Shown here: piece after piece, positions 19,593 through 29,187 of the stretch
Numbering within the stretch: the stretch's first letter is position 1
Layout of the letters: each line of letters opens with the position of its first letter
Virus record (IMG/VR): IMGVR_UViG_3300047509_000106
Coordinates: 3,405 to 67,404 of that record
Length of the DNA stretch: 64,000 nt
DNA from: a virus
Strand: one strand, 5' to 3'
Program-made: the position numbers and the translations under genes
Notes under the pieces: model-generated
Databases searched by the model: none
The model's input: the letters and a program-made list of their open reading frames with translations, nothing else
What the model was told of the DNA's origin: nothing

Positions 19593-19958
19593 TCAAGTGT
19601 ACTCTTCAATTTCTCTGCCAGTTGCTTGTTCGATCACTTTTTTGAGTTCAAGAACCGATCGATACATCGGCTCGAATCGGCTGACCTTTGCCCATCCAAT
19701 CCAGCGGCATGTATCTTTGGCTTTCTCAATTATCGCCTGTCCCATGCCGTCAATCTTCTCGTCAATCTTGAGTCGTAGCTCGGCAGCTTCTTCTGACATT
19801 CTCTGCATGACCGCGATATACTCGCGGTTTTTCTTCTCGGCGAGCAAACATCTACTTCGCCAGCGCTCGGCGACAGTTCGCTCGTCTGGTGGCGTGTCGG
19901 CAGGTATTTCTGGAATGTCTGGTGGGACTGTTTCGGTGTCGGCCATTGACTCCTCCAT
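19593..19958 (-). CDS. Hypothetical coiled-coil protein inserted antisense
   Basis: Exactly fills the gap between radical SAM and GT genes. Confidence 0.55.
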   Translation of the reverse strand: MEESMADTETVPPDIPEIPADTPPDERTVAERWRSRCLLAEKKNREYIAVMQRMSEEAAELRLKIDEKIDGMGQAIIEKAKDTCRWIGWAKVSRFEPMYRSVLELKKVIEQATGREIEEYT

Positions 19959-19993
19959 ATCTTGTGCTTCGCTCTTTTTGTATCATTATTGCC

Positions 19994-21724
19994 ATGACGA
20001 TGCCGTACACGCTCCTCCCCGCGTCTGGGGCCGATCAGGTCAGCGAATGGATCAGGCTTGGCTCGGAAGCCTATGCACTCAATAACCTCAAATCGGCGCA
20101 AAAATACTACAACCGCGCCACGCGACTCGACCCGTCCCACGCCATCGCGATCAATAATCTCGGCATCGTCTTAGCTGCGTCCGGCAATGTGCCGGAAGCG
20201 CTGTTGACCATAGAGCGGGCTGCGCTATTCGATGGCGTCGAGCCGATCATCGCGGCGAATTGGGCGCTCGTCAATTTCGAGGCGGACCGGATCGAAGAGG
20301 CGCGGGCAGCGGCGGAGCACGCAATCAAGTTGGCAGGTGATGCGCCGTCTGACCCGGAAGCGAATGAGACAAAGACGGCCGGCTACGTGCGCTCGCGACT
20401 CGCGTTTGCCGTCATCGCGTCGGCATATGGACAGCCGGGCGATGCGATCCCGGCCTATCGTCAAATGCTCGCCGTAGAGCCGAAGAATCAGGCGGCTGGC
20501 CCGAACTGTTGCTTCAATCAGACTCTCGTTGACATCGCGCCGGCCGAATTGCTTGCTCAGCGCAAAGTCTGGTACGAGTCGAACCGCTGGAAAGGTCCGC
20601 TCTGGCCGCACAAGAACGACAAGACGCCGGGCCGGACATTGAAAGTCGGCTACATCGGCGGCGACTTCAAGAGCCACAGTGCGGCGATGATCTATGCGCA
20701 AGTGCTGCTCAACCACGACAAACAGCAAGTATCGCCGTACCTGTATTCGACGCTGCCCACCGACGCCGAAAAAGACGACATGACGCAGATGTTGCGCGAC
20801 TGCGGGCAATGGCGTGACGTGTTCGGCAAGTCGGATGAGGAAATCGAGGATCAAATCAGCAAGGACGAGATCGACATTCTCGTTGACCTCGCGGCGCATA
20901 CCAATGGCGGCAAGCTCGCCGTGTTCACGCGCAAGCCCGCGCCGATTCAGATTACAGCGTGGGGGTTCGCGCACGGCACCGGCCTGCCCGAGATGGATTA
21001 CTTCTTCGCTGATCCGATCGCGGTGCCAGTCGAGGAGCGAACGCCGGATAACTACAGCGAGAAGATTTACGACCTGCCGTGCATCGTCACCTATCGGCCA
21101 CCCGACGAGTACGCGATTCCGCCATCGTCACCGGCACCATGCCAGAAAAACGACTACTTCACGTTCGGCGCGTTCAGCCGGTTCGAGAAGTTGTCCAACG
21201 AGTATCTGGCCTGCATTCGCGAGATTCTTCTGCGCGTTCCCGACTCGCGACTCTACTTGAAAGACGCCGCCTATCGCCGGCCGTATGCGATTCGACGCAT
21301 TATGAAGGCGCTGGACGGAATCGACCGCGGCCGGTTGAAGTTTGGCCTGGCGACCTCGCACCCAGAGCACATTCTGGAATATCAGAAGCTCGACTTGCTG
21401 CTCGACCCGTGGCCGCATGGCGCGGGCAATGTGACTCTTGAGACGCTGTACGCCGGCGTGCCGCTGATTACGCGCTACGGCAGGCAACCGAGCGGCCGAA
21501 CGGCTAGTAGCGTGCTAACCGTCATGGGCCGGACGGACTGGATTGCCCGATCGGATGCCGAGTACGTCGCGAAGGCGGTCGAATGGGCAGGCCGGCGCGA
21601 CGAGTTGGCGAAGGCACGGGTCACGTTGCGGGAAGAGTTGGTTGGGTCGCCCGTCATCAAAGGGTACGCTGGCGAAGTTGAGAAGGCGTATCGGGCGATG
21701 TGGAAGGAGTGGTGTGCGAAATGA
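19994..21724 (+). CDS. TPR + GT41 (OGT/SPINDLY-like) protein glycosyltransferase 1
   Basis: N-terminal TPRs; LKVGYIGGDFKSHS, DILVDLAAHT, KPAPIQITAWG, GTGLPEMDYF, LDPWP, GVPLIT. Confidence 0.9.
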   Translation: MTMPYTLLPASGADQVSEWIRLGSEAYALNNLKSAQKYYNRATRLDPSHAIAINNLGIVLAASGNVPEALLTIERAALFDGVEPIIAANWALVNFEADRIEEARAAAEHAIKLAGDAPSDPEANETKTAGYVRSRLAFAVIASAYGQPGDAIPAYRQMLAVEPKNQAAGPNCCFNQTLVDIAPAELLAQRKVWYESNRWKGPLWPHKNDKTPGRTLKVGYIGGDFKSHSAAMIYAQVLLNHDKQQVSPYLYSTLPTDAEKDDMTQMLRDCGQWRDVFGKSDEEIEDQISKDEIDILVDLAAHTNGGKLAVFTRKPAPIQITAWGFAHGTGLPEMDYFFADPIAVPVEERTPDNYSEKIYDLPCIVTYRPPDEYAIPPSSPAPCQKNDYFTFGAFSRFEKLSNEYLACIREILLRVPDSRLYLKDAAYRRPYAIRRIMKALDGIDRGRLKFGLATSHPEHILEYQKLDLLLDPWPHGAGNVTLETLYAGVPLITRYGRQPSGRTASSVLTVMGRTDWIARSDAEYVAKAVEWAGRRDELAKARVTLREELVGSPVIKGYAGEVEKAYRAMWKEWCAK

Positions 21725-22077
21725 GCAGAGTAATCATTCAGTTGGCTGGCGGGCAATACATAAGCCACGCGACAACTAGCCGCGAAAAGGCGATTGAACT
21801 TGTTGAGGCATGGGTGTCTCGTTGCAAACATCGAATCGAAAACGGGCAAGTTAATGATGTCGAGACGACGATTGTGACATGGGGAAGTGCGCTTCCAGGC
21901 GAAGAAGGTCGAACAGTTACGGCCTCGATGATGCAATACATCATCGGCATGTACATTCCTGAAGAAACACCTCCATGTTCGGGATGCGAAAAACTGGCTA
22001 AGGCCCAAGAGCGCATCGCCAAGGTTCTCGAAAGAGAATCGCGCAAGGGCAACGAATGGCGAAGTGACGAGGAGTGA
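21721..22077 (+). CDS. Hypothetical protein
   Basis: Overlapping start/stop with neighbours. Confidence 0.5.
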   Translation: MSRVIIQLAGGQYISHATTSREKAIELVEAWVSRCKHRIENGQVNDVETTIVTWGSALPGEEGRTVTASMMQYIIGMYIPEETPPCSGCEKLAKAQERIAKVLERESRKGNEWRSDEE

Positions 22078-22569
22078 ATGCCGACCTGCCTCTACATCCG
22101 CGGCATTCCAGGGACGGGCAAGCGGACCGTCGCCGATATTCTCGAACGCGATCTACGCTGGCCGGTGCTGTGGGTCCATCACTTCGACGCGGTGTACAAG
22201 GCGATTGGCGAGTACAAGTGTCCCGCGTTGACGGATCGATTGATGGAGGACGTTGCCAAGTACATGTCACGAACAAAGCGTGATTTCATCATCGTTCGCC
22301 CCAGTCGCGACGGGGTTTCCATTCAGCACGTCCAGGATGCGCTTACCAACTATCGTTTCATCCCCATCCGCCTCACCGCCAGCTACAAGACGCTCTGCAC
22401 GCGCGTCACCCGCCGCTGGCACGAATCCGAGTTCCGCATCACCACGAAGGAAGCGCTAGACGAATATCTTGCTACCCGCCCCGAATCCGTGTTTCCATCG
22501 GAGCACGTAATCGACACGGACCATCTCACGCCCGAACAAGTGGCAGGGCGGATCAAGGAATTGCTGTGA
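22078..22569 (+). CDS. P-loop small-molecule kinase (NMP/sugar kinase-like)
   Basis: IRGIPGTGKRT Walker A; IDTDHLTPEQVA.RI C-terminus. Confidence 0.75.
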   Translation: MPTCLYIRGIPGTGKRTVADILERDLRWPVLWVHHFDAVYKAIGEYKCPALTDRLMEDVAKYMSRTKRDFIIVRPSRDGVSIQHVQDALTNYRFIPIRLTASYKTLCTRVTRRWHESEFRITTKEALDEYLATRPESVFPSEHVIDTDHLTPEQVAGRIKELL

Positions 22570-23021
22570 GCAAGATTCACACGCTCGATACGCTCGCCGA
22601 GGCGGTTGCGGAACACCGACGCGAAGGCGCGGTAGTCGTCATGGCTCATGGAACTTTTGATCTCCTCCACGTCGGCCACACCTCCCATCTCGAATCGGCC
22701 AAACGGCTTGGCAACGTCCTAATCGTCACCGTCACCGCCGACGCCTTTGTCAACAAGGGGCAGGGCCGGCCACGATTCCATCAGCAACTTCGCGCCAAGA
22801 TGATCGCCGCCCTACAGTGCGTCGATTATGTGGCCATTAACCACACCCAGACGGCCGCAGAGGCGATTGGACTGCTCAAGCCGCACATTTTCGTCAAGGG
22901 CGAGGAATACCGCGGCATTGAGGCGGAGAAAGACGCGCTGAGGCAATACGGCGGCGAGATGGAGTACGTGAGCGGGGAAGTGGTATTCAGCTCGACTGAG
23001 TTGCTGGGCGGAGTCAAATAG
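22566..23021 (+). CDS. Cytidylyl/adenylyltransferase (HldE/RfaE domain II-like)
   Basis: HGTFDLLHVGH (HxGH), VTAD..VNKG.GRP, VDYV, KG.EY, SST. Confidence 0.88.
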   Translation: MSKIHTLDTLAEAVAEHRREGAVVVMAHGTFDLLHVGHTSHLESAKRLGNVLIVTVTADAFVNKGQGRPRFHQQLRAKMIAALQCVDYVAINHTQTAAEAIGLLKPHIFVKGEEYRGIEAEKDALRQYGGEMEYVSGEVVFSSTELLGGVK

Positions 23022-23042
23022 ACACAACCTGGAGATGAAGTA

Positions 23043-23363
23043 ATGGCTACTGCTTTATACAGAGTCGCACGCCCTCCGACTGCAAACGCGACAGCAATGG
23101 GGCAGGAATTACTAGCTGCCATTGAACAGCTAAGCAACGGGTTTGCTTGGTATTTGAGATTGCGGGCGGCGATTATTCAGGAACAGGACGATGTTACGGG
23201 AACGGACACGGCGTTCGTGACCCCGGCCAAGCAGTTTGGGTTTGTGGATGCCGCTGGCGCTTTAAGCAGTGCGGTAGCACACGCCGCGTTCACCGAATTG
23301 GATGCATTCAACACTACTTGCGCTTCAGCCTTAACTCAACTGTGCGCGAGACTCAAGCAATAA
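23043..23363 (+). CDS. Hypothetical protein
   Basis: GGAG upstream; 106 aa. Confidence 0.55.
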   Translation: MATALYRVARPPTANATAMGQELLAAIEQLSNGFAWYLRLRAAIIQEQDDVTGTDTAFVTPAKQFGFVDAAGALSSAVAHAAFTELDAFNTTCASALTQLCARLKQ

Positions 23364-23386
23364 TTATGCTCCTGAGATTGCTGCTC

Positions 23387-24598
23387 ATGGCGTTCACGAT
23401 TTCATCGTCGGTCGGTACGGCGCAGGCGGCTCCGACCGGCCGCTCGACGCAAGGGCATCTCGTCTACGCTGTCAATCAAGGTGCATATTGGACTTTTTTC
23501 CTTAGCTCGACAAATGCGCTTTCGGCGCTCTATTCCACTAATAGCGGAGGCGCGTGGAATACGCCTACAGGCTCGCCGTTCACGTTAGCTAACGCGCACA
23601 ACTCGGAAGGGAGGAACTTCGGTTTTGCCTATGCAAACCTGTCGTCTACCGACATTTTGCACATGGCGTCGTCCTACGTTGTGGCGGCAAATGACAAGGT
23701 ATATCACACTCGCTTCACACTCGGCACAACTTTAAGCAATACGAACGCGGAGGCCCAATACGATGTGACCGGGGCCACTGGAAACGAGTTGTGTTCGGGC
23801 GCTGTTTGCGCCTTAGACTCCAACGGTAAACCGATTGATGCGAGCAATTTCCAGACTTGCGGTAGCGGCTCACAAGGCAACGGCAACATATCGCGGGCCA
23901 CAAATAATGATGCCGGGACGAGCTGGACGGCTGGCTACCCGAATGGAACCAACGTAGTCAACGGCGCGAGTGTAAACAAATCAAATTTCGTTTGTTCACT
24001 TGGATCAGGAAACGTTTTGTACGTCGCTGACGGTCAGGGTGACCCAACGACTTTCACGGATATTCAGTTTTCAAAATGGGTCAGTTCATGGTCGGTCACA
24101 ACGACTGCTTTAGCTGGAACGGTCACGGCAACCAATGGGAATAATTGGGGCGCATGCGCCGTCACAACGTCCGACGTTCATCTTGTTGTACTGTCCAATA
24201 ATTCCAACGCCTTCGTCCATCGCCGTTTCAACGGGACGAGTTGGTCGAATAGCAGCGGAGCGCCAGGGGCACTGACACTGAATACTTCGCCGTCGGGCAT
24301 CGCATTGGTTTCAGATAACACGAACCTTTATGCGGCGGCAATCGATTCGTCAAAGAACATCAAGGTCAACACCTGGACTTCGGCAGGCGGCTGGGCCGGC
24401 TGGACGACTCTTGAAACGGCAAGAACAAATACGCCGAGCTACATCACCGGCGTTTACAATCCGACCTCCAACGAAATCATGTGGGCGTGGACAGAGTTGA
24501 ACGGAACGCAGCACGATATCATCGGCAGCGTACAGACATTGACTGCTCCCACCGTGAACATCTGCCACTTGATAACTACTGCTGGCATGGCGTTTTAA
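23387..24598 (+). CDS. Ser/Thr/Asn/Gly-rich putative virion beta-propeller protein
   Basis: BNR-like YSTNSGGAW / NDAGTSW repeats; start could be 23366. Confidence 0.6.
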   Translation: MAFTISSSVGTAQAAPTGRSTQGHLVYAVNQGAYWTFFLSSTNALSALYSTNSGGAWNTPTGSPFTLANAHNSEGRNFGFAYANLSSTDILHMASSYVVAANDKVYHTRFTLGTTLSNTNAEAQYDVTGATGNELCSGAVCALDSNGKPIDASNFQTCGSGSQGNGNISRATNNDAGTSWTAGYPNGTNVVNGASVNKSNFVCSLGSGNVLYVADGQGDPTTFTDIQFSKWVSSWSVTTTALAGTVTATNGNNWGACAVTTSDVHLVVLSNNSNAFVHRRFNGTSWSNSSGAPGALTLNTSPSGIALVSDNTNLYAAAIDSSKNIKVNTWTSAGGWAGWTTLETARTNTPSYITGVYNPTSNEIMWAWTELNGTQHDIIGSVQTLTAPTVNICHLITTAGMAF

Positions 24599-24610
24599 CA
24601 GGACGGTGAA

Positions 24611-26926
24611 ATGGCCGCGACCGTCGTACCAGTCCAGACAACCGCGACCGGCTCGGGTGCTCCCGTAGCCGTCGATTCGGTTGGCGGCGCGGACTATCAG
24701 CAGGTCAAGCTGGTCGGCGGCGTCATCGGCGACACGACGCCGATCGGAGTGACGAGCGGAGTTCCAGGCGGCACGACTGCGGGCATGATCGTCGCCGTGG
24801 TCCCCGGTGTCTCGGTCAGCGCTCAAGTCTCAGGAACAGTCACGGCGAACGTCAGCGGCGCAGTCAGCGTCTCGGCGATGCCGGCAGTGAATATCTCCGG
24901 CATCACGCCAGTCACGACGGCCGCATCCGTGTCTGTGAGCGGTGTTCCGGTATGGCTAAACCCCACACAAGCGGTCAACGTCGGCAGCATCGTCAGCACG
25001 GTTTTGGTTAATGTCGTGGCGGGCGGGGCGGGTGGTGGGTCGGTAACAACTGCGCCGCCGTCCATTTCTCAATCGGGTCAAGCTGTTTGGATCGTCGGCG
25101 GGCAGGGCACGACAGCGAATCCGGTGGTAGTCACTGGCACTGTCGCGGCAGGCGCTGGCACAACTGTCGTCAGCATCCAGGGCATCGTCCCGGTTACGAC
25201 AGCGGCGAGCGTGTCCGTATCCGGCCTGCCAGTGTGGCTAAATCCTACCCAACAGGTTGTCGTCAGCGGGCTCGTCGGTCACAGCATCACGGGCAGCGTC
25301 AATATCGTTTCAACGGCCATCGTCAGTCTTGCAACGGGCGGAAGTGTGACGCTTGTGGGGACCGTCGGCGCTAGCATCATCGCGGCCGTGTCTCTTAGCG
25401 GCATCACGCCCGTTGCGACCCAAACCTCAGTGTCGATCAGTGGCGTGCCTGTGTGGTTTGCACCTGGAGCTTTGGTCGCTGTCAGCGGGACTGGAGTTGT
25501 GACGCTGGCGACGGGTGGGACACTGGCGACATTGCTAGGCACAGTCGCGGTGAATGTCGTGGCCGGAGGCGCTGCACCCGGAACTACGGCAACCACGCAA
25601 ACGAACGTTACGGCTCAGGTGGTGTGGTTGGCACCGACTCAGACGGTCAACGTGACTGTGTTGAGTACGGCCGTGGTGACGCTCGCGACGGGTGGTTCTG
25701 TTACTCTGGTTGGCTCGGTTGGCATTTCTCATGCGGCCATTGCAAGTGTTGCCGCCACGAGCGGCCCACCGCTGTTCAGTGCTTTTGGCGTTCCGGTTTG
25801 GATTGTGGGCGGCCAGAGTGTGACCGCAGCAGCGACACCTGTTCTTGTTACGGTCATAGCCGGTGCCCCAATAACAATCTCAGGAATCGTACCTGTCACG
25901 ACCGCCGCGAGCGTGAGCGTGACTGGACTTCCGGTGTGGCTCAATCCGACGCAAGCTGTCAATGTGGGCAGCATCGTCAGTACCGTACTCGTCAACGTAG
26001 TGGCTGGCGGAGCCGGTGGAGTCGTGAGTATTAGCGGCGTAGTTCCAGTGACAACCGCCGCGTCAGTCTCGGTTACGGGCTTGCCTGTCTGGCTCAACCC
26101 GACGCAAACGGTGATTGTCGGCAGCCAATTGGGAACGGCGGTTGTCACGCTGGCTACAGGCGGATCGGTAACACTGGTTGGTACGGTCGGCGCTTCGGTG
26201 ATTGCCGCGATTTCAATAAGCGGCATCGTTCCAGTTACAACTCAGGCCAGCGTCAGCGTCACCGGCCTGCCCGTCTGGCTAAACCCGTCGCAAAGCATCG
26301 TGATGGGGGCCATGTCCATCTCGGCCATCGTGCCCGTGACCACCGCCGCGAGCGTCAGTGTTACAGGGCTCCCTGTTTGGTTGAATCCTACACAAACCGT
26401 GGTCGTAAGCGGCGCGGTTGTCGCAGTGACGACACAATCGAGCGTCACTGGCGCGGCGATATGGCTCGCACCGACGCAAACCGTCGTCATGCAACCGAGC
26501 GCTGGCATTGCCTTCCTCATGCGCGTGACTTCGACCGCTGTAGCCGTCAGCGCCAATGCCTATCTCGCTACGGTCAACACGGGTGGAACTCTTGCTGTGG
26601 CCGGAACGAGCCTTTACGTCGTGCCGGCTGGTAAGAACTTGCGGATTGCCATGATTCAAGCTGCCTGGAATAGTTCGGCGGTGACGGGCGGATCGATTAT
26701 GTTCGTGCCGGTAGCCGCCGGGAATGCCGCATCCCTTGTTTCCGGGAGCATTCCGACGCAAGGCCAGCCGTTGCTCCTGTTGGGAATTGTTTCGGCTGGC
26801 GTGACGGCTGGGCTTATCATGGGCGCACAAGCAGACATAGGCGCTGGCTCGACGATAGCGCCGTTCATCATCGCCTCGACTGCCGGCCAGCTCGTATCAT
26901 TGGTCATATCCGGTTATCTGTTCTAG
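24611..26926 (+). CDS. Ser/Thr/Val-rich repeat fibre-like protein (putative glycoprotein)
   Basis: 6 near-exact PVTT(A/Q)ASVSV(S/T)G(L/V)PVWLNP(T/S)Q repeats plus degenerate copies; almost no charged residues. Confidence 0.8.
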   Translation: MAATVVPVQTTATGSGAPVAVDSVGGADYQQVKLVGGVIGDTTPIGVTSGVPGGTTAGMIVAVVPGVSVSAQVSGTVTANVSGAVSVSAMPAVNISGITPVTTAASVSVSGVPVWLNPTQAVNVGSIVSTVLVNVVAGGAGGGSVTTAPPSISQSGQAVWIVGGQGTTANPVVVTGTVAAGAGTTVVSIQGIVPVTTAASVSVSGLPVWLNPTQQVVVSGLVGHSITGSVNIVSTAIVSLATGGSVTLVGTVGASIIAAVSLSGITPVATQTSVSISGVPVWFAPGALVAVSGTGVVTLATGGTLATLLGTVAVNVVAGGAAPGTTATTQTNVTAQVVWLAPTQTVNVTVLSTAVVTLATGGSVTLVGSVGISHAAIASVAATSGPPLFSAFGVPVWIVGGQSVTAAATPVLVTVIAGAPITISGIVPVTTAASVSVTGLPVWLNPTQAVNVGSIVSTVLVNVVAGGAGGVVSISGVVPVTTAASVSVTGLPVWLNPTQTVIVGSQLGTAVVTLATGGSVTLVGTVGASVIAAISISGIVPVTTQASVSVTGLPVWLNPSQSIVMGAMSISAIVPVTTAASVSVTGLPVWLNPTQTVVVSGAVVAVTTQSSVTGAAIWLAPTQTVVMQPSAGIAFLMRVTSTAVAVSANAYLATVNTGGTLAVAGTSLYVVPAGKNLRIAMIQAAWNSSAVTGGSIMFVPVAAGNAASLVSGSIPTQGQPLLLLGIVSAGVTAGLIMGAQADIGAGSTIAPFIIASTAGQLVSLVISGYLF

Positions 26927-26935
26927 GAGACTCGT

Positions 26936-28723
26936 TTGCCAGTCATCCCCTACATGATCGTCCCTCAACAGGGTAGCGATCAAGCCGATGAATGGTTGCG
27001 CCTCGGCATGGCCGCGCAGCAAGCGAACAACCTGCCATTGGCTCAGCAAAACTACAACCAGGCGCTGCGACTCGATCCACGGCACGCACTGGCGATGAAC
27101 AATCTTGCCATTGTGTTCGCCCAATCGAATTTGCTGAACGAAGCGCTCTTGACCATCGAACGCGCGGCGATGTGCGACGGTGTGCACGGCGTCATTCAGA
27201 TGAATTGGGCGCTGATGGCAATGGACGCCGAGCGACCAGATGAAGCGGTCGATCACGCAAAGCGTGCTTGTGAAATTGCGCCCGATGATCCGAATGCACA
27301 ACTTGCCCTGGCGATGATCGGACCGGCAGCGGGACTGGCGGATGAGACAGTCGAGCTCTATCGCAAGATTCTCGACAAGGAGCCGGCCAATCCTTCGGCC
27401 GGCCCGAATATCTGCTTCGTGCAGACTCTCACCGATGCCACGCCGGCCGAGATGTTGGCGCAGCGAAAGAAATGGTACGAGGCGAACCGATTCAAGGGCA
27501 CAATCGAGCCGTATCGCAATGACCGCAATCTAGACCGACCGCTCCGCATCGGTTACGTCGGTGGCGACTTCAAATCACATTCCGCCTCTTTCATTTTCGG
27601 CCGCGTCGTGCTGCACCATTCGTCGGCGTGCGAGGTCTACCTGTACTCGTCGCTGCCGGTCGATCCAAATGCGGACGTGATGACGAAACGGTTCAGCGAA
27701 GCGGCAGGTCCGCGCTGGCGCGACATCGCCACGATGAACGACGAGGATGCCGCGGCACTCATTCGCAAGGATCGCATCGATATTTTGGTTGATCTCGCGG
27801 CGCACACCAACGGCGGACGACTGGCACTATTCACGCGCAAGCCCGCGCCAGTGCAAGTCACCGCCTGGGGGTTCGCTCATGGCACGGGCTTACCGGAAAT
27901 CGACTACTTCCTCGCCGACAAGGTAAGCGTTCCCGAAGACGAGCGGCAGCACTACGCCGAAAAGATCATCGACCTGCCGTGTCTGCTCACGATGGAAGAG
28001 CCGGCGCATTACAACCTCAAGGCGACTTCCCATCCACCTCTGCGCAAGAACGGCTATTTCACTTTCGGCGTCTACGCTCGGTACGAAAAGGTCAGCGACA
28101 AGTGCCTCGCGACGTTCGCGGAGATTCTGCGCCGCGTGCCGGACAGTAAGATCGAATTCAAGGACAATGCTTTTCGACGGCCGTATTCGTGCCGGCGTGT
28201 CATGGAGATAATGCAGTACAAAACGATTTGCAAAAGCTGCCGGGGGATCGGCTGCGATAATTGCGAGCGTGGCGTCAAAGGCGTAATGCAATGCAATAGC
28301 GAATTCCCGATCAACATCGCACCGGAGCGGTTTCTATTTTCGACGGCCACGAATCATCCGGATCACATGCTCGCCTATCAAATGGCTGACCTCATACTTG
28401 ATCCATTCCCTCATTGCGGCGGGATTGTGTCACTTGAGGCCATCTATATGGGATTGCCGATTCTGACCCTCTACGGCAACAAGCCAGCCGGTCGGAACAC
28501 GTCGAGCGTACTCACGGCGATGGGCCGTACCGAGTGGATCGCTCGCACACCAGAGGAGTACATTGAGAAGGCTGTGGACCTCGCCGAGAACGGCGTTCGC
28601 GAACTGGCGAAGGCACGTCAGTCGTTGCGGCAAGAACTATTGGAATCTCCGGTCGTGAAGGGGTATGTTGAGAAGGTCGAAGAGGCGTATCGCCAAGCAT
28701 GGCGGGAGTGGTGCGAGAAGTGA
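26936..28723 (+). CDS. TPR + GT41 (OGT/SPINDLY-like) protein glycosyltransferase 2
   Basis: Paralogue of 19994..21724 with the same motifs; TTG start after GGAGA; Cys-rich insertion. Confidence 0.9.
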   Translation: MPVIPYMIVPQQGSDQADEWLRLGMAAQQANNLPLAQQNYNQALRLDPRHALAMNNLAIVFAQSNLLNEALLTIERAAMCDGVHGVIQMNWALMAMDAERPDEAVDHAKRACEIAPDDPNAQLALAMIGPAAGLADETVELYRKILDKEPANPSAGPNICFVQTLTDATPAEMLAQRKKWYEANRFKGTIEPYRNDRNLDRPLRIGYVGGDFKSHSASFIFGRVVLHHSSACEVYLYSSLPVDPNADVMTKRFSEAAGPRWRDIATMNDEDAAALIRKDRIDILVDLAAHTNGGRLALFTRKPAPVQVTAWGFAHGTGLPEIDYFLADKVSVPEDERQHYAEKIIDLPCLLTMEEPAHYNLKATSHPPLRKNGYFTFGVYARYEKVSDKCLATFAEILRRVPDSKIEFKDNAFRRPYSCRRVMEIMQYKTICKSCRGIGCDNCERGVKGVMQCNSEFPINIAPERFLFSTATNHPDHMLAYQMADLILDPFPHCGGIVSLEAIYMGLPILTLYGNKPAGRNTSSVLTAMGRTEWIARTPEEYIEKAVDLAENGVRELAKARQSLRQELLESPVVKGYVEKVEEAYRQAWREWCEK

Positions 28724-29187
28724 TTCAACTCGAAGCGCGTTCACTGCCGTCTACCACGCTCGCCAACGGCATCCTGACCGTCAAACCGTCCGTATCGCTT
28801 CATCACAACATCTATCAAGCCGTCATAGAACAAGTGGGCAGCCAGTTGAAAGTGTCGGAGTTCGCGCTAGGCAATCATCAAGTTCCCATCGGTATCACGT
28901 TCGTCGCGTCTGCTGACGTGAAATTACTCGTTATGCACGGCAACATTCACGGATACAACATCCTGACCAATGATACGGGCAAGGCGTGCTGGCTCGTGGG
29001 AGGCAACTTGACCGACGCACTAACGGGCGGCAGTGGATACAACACCATCGATGGTCGTGGCGGCGAGGATCACGTCTTTCTGACGAATGGCGGCGTGTCG
29101 GTGCTGACTGGCGATAGAGACGTGGTTGTAGTCGGTGCGAAGGATATATGGAGCGGCGGGGCGCATGAGAAGGTGTATCCAGTATGA
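28720..29187 (+). CDS. Protein with RTX-like Gly-rich nonapeptides
   Basis: DALTGGSGYNTIDGRGGEDHVF. Confidence 0.55.
   Translation: MIQLEARSLPSTTLANGILTVKPSVSLHHNIYQAVIEQVGSQLKVSEFALGNHQVPIGITFVASADVKLLVMHGNIHGYNILTNDTGKACWLVGGNLTDALTGGSGYNTIDGRGGEDHVFLTNGGVSVLTGDRDVVVVGAKDIWSGGAHEKVYPV

Noticed and set aside
24611-26926. Diversity-generating retroelement TR/VR pair
   Set aside because: Repeat differences are mostly synonymous and not adenine-specific, and no reverse transcriptase is present.
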